A DNA stretch of 51,549 nucleotides from Peptococcaceae bacterium UBA2264 (GTDB lineage Bacteria > Bacillota > Desulfitobacteriia > Desulfitobacteriales > Desulfitobacteriaceae): contig DDXI01000068.1 of the NCBI GenBank assembly GCA_002347475.1, positions 1 to 51,549 on the forward strand. The letters run 5' to 3'. Shown in pieces: positions 47,688 through 51,549 of the stretch (position 1 is the first letter of the stretch; each line of letters starts with the position of its first letter). The notes beneath the pieces were generated by a model. It had not been told where the DNA came from and searched no databases. It saw only the letters and a program-made list of their open reading frames with translations. Made by a program: the position numbers and the translations under genes.

Positions 47688-48584
47688 TTATTTCAGAAAA
47701 CCCTGAAGGATTGTCTCTTCCGCTTCTTTCTCCGTGAGGCCTAAAGACATCAGTTTTATCAATTGTTCAGATTCTATCCTGCCAATAGCCGCCTCATGGA
47801 TAAGCTGGCCCTCATCATGATAGGCGGAAATCTTCGGGGTGGATAGAACCTGGGCCTTGTGCATAATGATAGCATCACATTGGATATGGCCACGGCACTT
47901 ATTGCTCCCCACCAAATCGAAATAAAATATTTGGCGGGAATGATCCTGCGCCACGGAACGGGAAATAATCTGGGCTGAAGAATCAGCTCCCGACAGTTCC
48001 ACTACTATATTGGATTCTGCCTCCTGTTCCCCGGAGGTCAGCAGCCGTTCAGTAATCAGCAGCCTGGCCTTATCCTGCAGCCTGATTTCTGTATCTCTTT
48101 TGGTTTTGTCAATTCCCCTGATCTGGATCAGTTCCAGTTCGACAACAGCACCCTCTTCGGCCTCAATCACTGTTTTGGGATTTAAAATCTTTTCCCCCCG
48201 GCCCTCGCCCTGGCCATAGTGTTTCTCCACATATTTGAGTTTAGCCCCTTTGCGCACGAAAAAATTATGAATGCCGTCATGCTGGGACTTGCGGCTGCCC
48301 GTATTATGGATACCGCATCCTGCCACCACCACAACATCGGCATATTCTCCGATTTCAAAGGTATTGTAGACCAGGTCGGTAATATTTTCTTCAGTAACGA
48401 TTACTGGAATATGAATACTTTCACCTTTAGTATAGGGCTTGACAATGACATCTATTCCCGGTTTATCCTTCTTGTTTATAATATCAATATTAGCTGTGGT
48501 GTTTTTCTGCACTCCCTGACCGTTTTTCCGAATATTGTAGGCTCCCTGGGGTATCTCATGAAGGTCGGCCACTTTTTCCAGCAT
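47688..48584 (-). CDS. sufB: SufB/SufD-family Fe-S assembly protein (short form)
   Basis: The C-terminal 'HEAAIGRIESEQLIKLMSLGLTEKEAEETILQGF' is a SufB signature. The ORF stays open to 48653, but the ATG at 48584 lies 4 nt after the sufC stop. Confidence 0.8.
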   Translation of the reverse strand: MLEKVADLHEIPQGAYNIRKNGQGVQKNTTANIDIINKKDKPGIDVIVKPYTKGESIHIPVIVTEENITDLVYNTFEIGEYADVVVVAGCGIHNTGSRKSQHDGIHNFFVRKGAKLKYVEKHYGQGEGRGEKILNPKTVIEAEEGAVVELELIQIRGIDKTKRDTEIRLQDKARLLITERLLTSGEQEAESNIVVELSGADSSAQIISRSVAQDHSRQIFYFDLVGSNKCRGHIQCDAIIMHKAQVLSTPKISAYHDEGQLIHEAAIGRIESEQLIKLMSLGLTEKEAEETILQGFLK

Positions 48585-48588
48585 CAGT

Positions 48589-49341
48589 CTATCCAACAAA
48601 TTGAGCACTTTGACCAACCCCTTTTTCACATTTAGTACTGCAGAGGCATCCATTATTTTGCAGAATCAGAGACAATATTTTTTCTTTTTCCGATTTCTGA
48701 CTGATTCTGCCGTTGACCAACAGAATAATCTCGTCAGCCAGTTCCAGGATCCGCTCCTGGTGGGAGATAATGATAATTGTTGTCTCATATTTCAGATGAA
48801 TATTGCGAAATGTTTCCGCCAATTTTTGAAAACTCCACAAATCGATCCCAGCTTCCGGTTCATCAAAAACAGCAACCTGGAGATTACGGGCCAGGACGGT
48901 GGCAATCTCAATCCTTTTCATCTCTCCGCCCGAGAGCCCGGAATCAACATCCCTGTTGATGTAATCCTGGGCACAGAGACCGACATCATGCAGCAGATCA
49001 TAAGGATTGACCTTTTCCGGATTATTGGCAGCAGACATGCGGAGAAGTTCCCCGACTTTCAGACCTTTAAAACGGGGCGGATGCTGAAAGGCATAGCCGA
49101 TACCCAGGCGTGCTCTTTCCGTGATATTACAGTTCGTTATATCCTGGCCATTAAGCAGGATTTTACCGGCCGTAGGATTATTAATGCCCATAACAATTTT
49201 GGCCAGAGTAGATTTGCCTCCGCCATTGGGCCCTGTGATGACATAAATTTTCTTGTCCAATAATTTCAGGTCGATATTGTTCAGGATTTCCGTCCCGTTA
49301 TCTCCCTCTGTTTCAAAAGACACTCCCTGAAGTTCCAGCAT
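48589..49341 (-). CDS. sufC: Fe-S assembly ATPase SufC
   Basis: Walker A 'GPNGGGKST', ABC signature 'LSGGEMKR' and Walker B 'VFDEPEAGID'. Confidence 0.9.
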   Translation of the reverse strand: MLELQGVSFETEGDNGTEILNNIDLKLLDKKIYVITGPNGGGKSTLAKIVMGINNPTAGKILLNGQDITNCNITERARLGIGYAFQHPPRFKGLKVGELLRMSAANNPEKVNPYDLLHDVGLCAQDYINRDVDSGLSGGEMKRIEIATVLARNLQVAVFDEPEAGIDLWSFQKLAETFRNIHLKYETTIIIISHQERILELADEIILLVNGRISQKSEKEKILSLILQNNGCLCSTKCEKGVGQSAQFVG

Positions 49342-49421
49342 TTCTATTTATCTTCCCTTCCCTGTATTCTGCTCTTCATGTCAATTCTATTTCTATAGGC
49401 CGCTTTGGGGTTATAAAGTCT

Positions 49422-50537
49422 CTAAACTTTTTCCGCCAGGGCTTTCTCAGTCTCGGCGGAAGAATAGGTTTTCCAGCCTCCGCTCAGATTCCTGACCCTG
49501 GTAAATCCATGCCCCTGCAGAATTCGGTACGAGGCATAGGCCCGTATTCCAACCAGGCAGTAAACTATGATATCCTTAGCCCGCGGCACCTCAGACAAAC
49601 GCTCTCTCAGCAAGTCGACCGGAATATTCACCGCCCCCGGAACATGACCATGCATGTATTCCGCCGGCGTGCGCACATCGATAATCAGAGTATTTTGAGG
49701 ATCCAGGCCGGCCAGTTCATGCCACTGAACAATGGCAACATCTCCCTTAACTATATTGGCAGCGACATAACCGGCCATATTGACAGGATCCTTGGCTGAA
49801 GAAAAAGGCGGAGCATAGGCTAATTCCAGCTCGGTCAAGTCGAAAATGCTGCCTCCGCGGCCCAGGGCTCCGGCCAGATCATCGATACGTTTGTCCACAC
49901 CTTTTGTACCTACAATTTGCGCCCCCAAAATCTTGCCGCTTTGCGGGGCAAAAATCAGCTTGATAGTCATCTCGGCAGATCCGGGATAATAATCGGCTCC
50001 TGATCCTGAATGGGTAAAGGATACCTGACAGGGAATCCCCAATTTATGCAAAGTCTTTTCATTGGCCCCAGTTGAGGCTACAGCCAGATCAAAAATCTTG
50101 GCAATGGCTGTTCCTTGGGTTCCTTTATATGAGGACTTGCGTCCGGCAAGCACATCGGCAGCAATTCTTCCCTGCTTGTTAGCCGGCCCTGCCAAGGGAA
50201 TCAGGCTATCCAGCCGGTCATAAGACTCCCGGTATTTACGGCCGTTTTTTTCCTGAACCTCAACTTCCTTTTCTGCCGGGTAAATCTTTACAACTTCACT
50301 GTTGACACGCACATCTATATTGAAACGTTTTTTCATCCCTTTCGGTGTCTGTACAAGCAGGCTATCCCGTTCCTTGATCACCCCGCTCAGAAAATAGGGC
50401 AGACCACAGTTGGCATAGGAAATATACTCGTCACGTTCAAAAATGATAATTTCCGTATCTTCCTCCAAACGTCTCAGTCTGGCAGCTGTACTGGCTCCGC
50501 CGGCAACACCACCGACAATTATCACCTTTTTGGTCAT
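49422..50537 (-). CDS. CoA-disulfide reductase-like flavoprotein fused to rhodanese, apparently lacking the NAD(P)H-binding domain (in-frame internal deletion)
   Basis: It has an FAD motif 'IIVGGVAGGAS', the redox Cys 'SYANCGLPY' and a rhodanese loop 'YCLVGIRA'. The sequence jumps from '...ESYDRL' straight to 'IPLAGPANKQGR', and 371 aa is short against the ~550 aa I expect. Confidence 0.7.
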   Translation of the reverse strand: MTKKVIIVGGVAGGASTAARLRRLEEDTEIIIFERDEYISYANCGLPYFLSGVIKERDSLLVQTPKGMKKRFNIDVRVNSEVVKIYPAEKEVEVQEKNGRKYRESYDRLDSLIPLAGPANKQGRIAADVLAGRKSSYKGTQGTAIAKIFDLAVASTGANEKTLHKLGIPCQVSFTHSGSGADYYPGSAEMTIKLIFAPQSGKILGAQIVGTKGVDKRIDDLAGALGRGGSIFDLTELELAYAPPFSSAKDPVNMAGYVAANIVKGDVAIVQWHELAGLDPQNTLIIDVRTPAEYMHGHVPGAVNIPVDLLRERLSEVPRAKDIIVYCLVGIRAYASYRILQGHGFTRVRNLSGGWKTYSSAETEKALAEKV

Positions 50538-50599
50538 GACACTACTCCTTCCGGCTTATAATTCGATTACGCCCTTCCATTCAATTCCAATCCATAATA

Positions 50600-51208
50600 T
50601 TAAGTTCCGGCAAGAGCTGCTCTGGCCAGTTTATCAACATATTCATTATATTTATCACCACTGTGGGCTTGAACCTTTCGGAAAACATAAAATCCTTCAT
50701 ATTGTTTCATCAGCTTGACATAGAGTTCGGTGTAAACATTTTTGGTCTGCCATTGACCGTTTACCCAACAGGCAATCCCCGCATAATCATGATTGATCCG
50801 GATCCTGGCCTTCAGGCCGGCAGCGCGCTTAACGGCATAAAGAACTGCAGCGATTTCTCCCGTAACATTCCTCATGGCAGCCGCCTCCGGATTTTTACCA
50901 ATGCCGCTGTCCTCATAGACAATCTGATCATTTTTGATAAAAACATAAGCCCAGGCATAATTACCATTGACATAGCTGCCGTCTGTATATACTTCATAAT
51001 CTATATCTTCATCGGCAAAATTTATATCTGCAAGCTTTTCCTGATCCCCATTCCCCTGCAGCCAGGCGAGAGCTGTTTGTTCATCACTGAAACTTTTGTA
51101 AACTGCCCCCGGATATCCTTCCACAGCCTGCCGGCAGGCTTCCCATGTTCTTACTATTCCCGTTTTACGTCCGGCTCTGATAGCATAATACTTGGCTTTC
51201 TTTGGCAC
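50600..51208 (-). CDS. RNase H1-type ribonuclease with N-terminal hybrid-binding (viroplasmin-like) domain
   Basis: GTG start follows AGGAG. 'KYYAIRAGRKTGIVRTWEAC...YKSFSDEQTALAWL' is the HBD. The RNase H motifs are 'VYTDGS', 'GEIAAV' and 'AHSGDKYNEYVDKLA'. Confidence 0.85.
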   Translation of the reverse strand: MPKKAKYYAIRAGRKTGIVRTWEACRQAVEGYPGAVYKSFSDEQTALAWLQGNGDQEKLADINFADEDIDYEVYTDGSYVNGNYAWAYVFIKNDQIVYEDSGIGKNPEAAAMRNVTGEIAAVLYAVKRAAGLKARIRINHDYAGIACWVNGQWQTKNVYTELYVKLMKQYEGFYVFRKVQAHSGDKYNEYVDKLARAALAGT

Positions 51209-51549
51209 TGTTCGGCTGCTCCTGACTTATTTTATTAACACTATTCGGCTGCTCCTGACTCATAATATTGTGCTTTCCAAAGCGGTGCCCTGATATTCCT
51301 GATTTTGCCTTTTCTGCTTTTATTTTTACCCGTTTTTCTGAACAAACCGGGAATATGGTGTAAAAAACAGTCCCTTCTTCGCCGGTCTCGAATCTGAACA
51401 GAGCTTTATGCCTTTGGGCAATACTCATGGAAGTCGCCAGCCCCAGACCAGTTCCGGTTTCCTTGGTTGTGAAAAAGGGCGTGCCAATCTTATTCCGATA
51501 TTCTTCCGCTATACCGGTGCCATGATCTTTTACAGCCAGCACTACCTTG
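51165..51549 (-). CDS. Sensor histidine kinase, C-terminal HATPase_c portion (5' end outside the window)
   Basis: 'VLAVKDHGTGIAEE...PFFTTKETGTGLGLA' are the G1/G2 boxes. The frame runs off the window end. Confidence 0.7.
   Translation of the reverse strand, partial: KVVLAVKDHGTGIAEEYRNKIGTPFFTTKETGTGLGLATSMSIAQRHKALFRFETGEEGTVFYTIFPVCSEKRVKIKAEKAKSGISGHRFGKHNIMSQEQPNSVNKISQEQPNSAKESQVLCYQSRT
51206..51260 (-). repeat. Direct duplication (33-bp period) of the RNase H ribosome-binding region
   Basis: cactgttcggctgctcctgact at 51206-51227 and cactattcggctgctcctgact at 51239-51260. Confidence 0.8.

Overview
The window looks like a moderate-GC Firmicutes (Clostridia-like) chromosome, and its layout follows. 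(1) 1-15.5 kb holds the right-hand part of an integrated siphovirus-like prophage. It carries head-tail joining and tail genes (including a -1 frameshifted tail chaperone and a tape measure), holin plus amidase/SPOR endolysin, and a translationally coupled trio of serine-recombinase-family genes. It ends in a strikingly AT-rich cargo gene with a TIR-like N-terminus. (2) 15.5-18.2 kb holds a 2.7-kb mini-element with only a PRiA4_ORF3-family gene and a short serine recombinase. The prophage and the mini-element sit in tandem in the 3' end of a rumA/rlmD-type 23S rRNA methyltransferase gene. Each contributes a diverged ~285-bp arm that ends in the same 23-bp core and carries a conserved array of an 18-bp motif. 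(3) 18.2-28 kb holds housekeeping genes: rumA, glycerate kinase, cfa, ridA, a PHP phosphatase and copZ-copA. (4) 28.2-41.6 kb holds a complete Gram-positive type IV pilus locus (pilA, minor pilins, pilX-like, pilMNO, pilC, pilD, pilB, pilT) with a SigB/F/G-type sigma factor gene inside it. (5) 41.7-46.2 kb holds a two-gene operon. It encodes a 1059-aa protein with three TM helices and a very long coiled-coil tail built from near-identical 160-aa repeats, plus a 403-aa soluble protein of unknown family. I rate this pair and the prophage TIR-like cargo gene as the best candidates for undescribed systems. (6) 46.6-51.5 kb holds Fe-S assembly genes (iscU-like, rseC-like, sufC, sufB-like), an internally deleted CoA-disulfide-reductase/rhodanese gene, an RNase H1-type gene and the 3' end of a histidine kinase. 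I found no rRNA, tRNA or CRISPR array. All family assignments come from motif recognition by eye; no database search was run.
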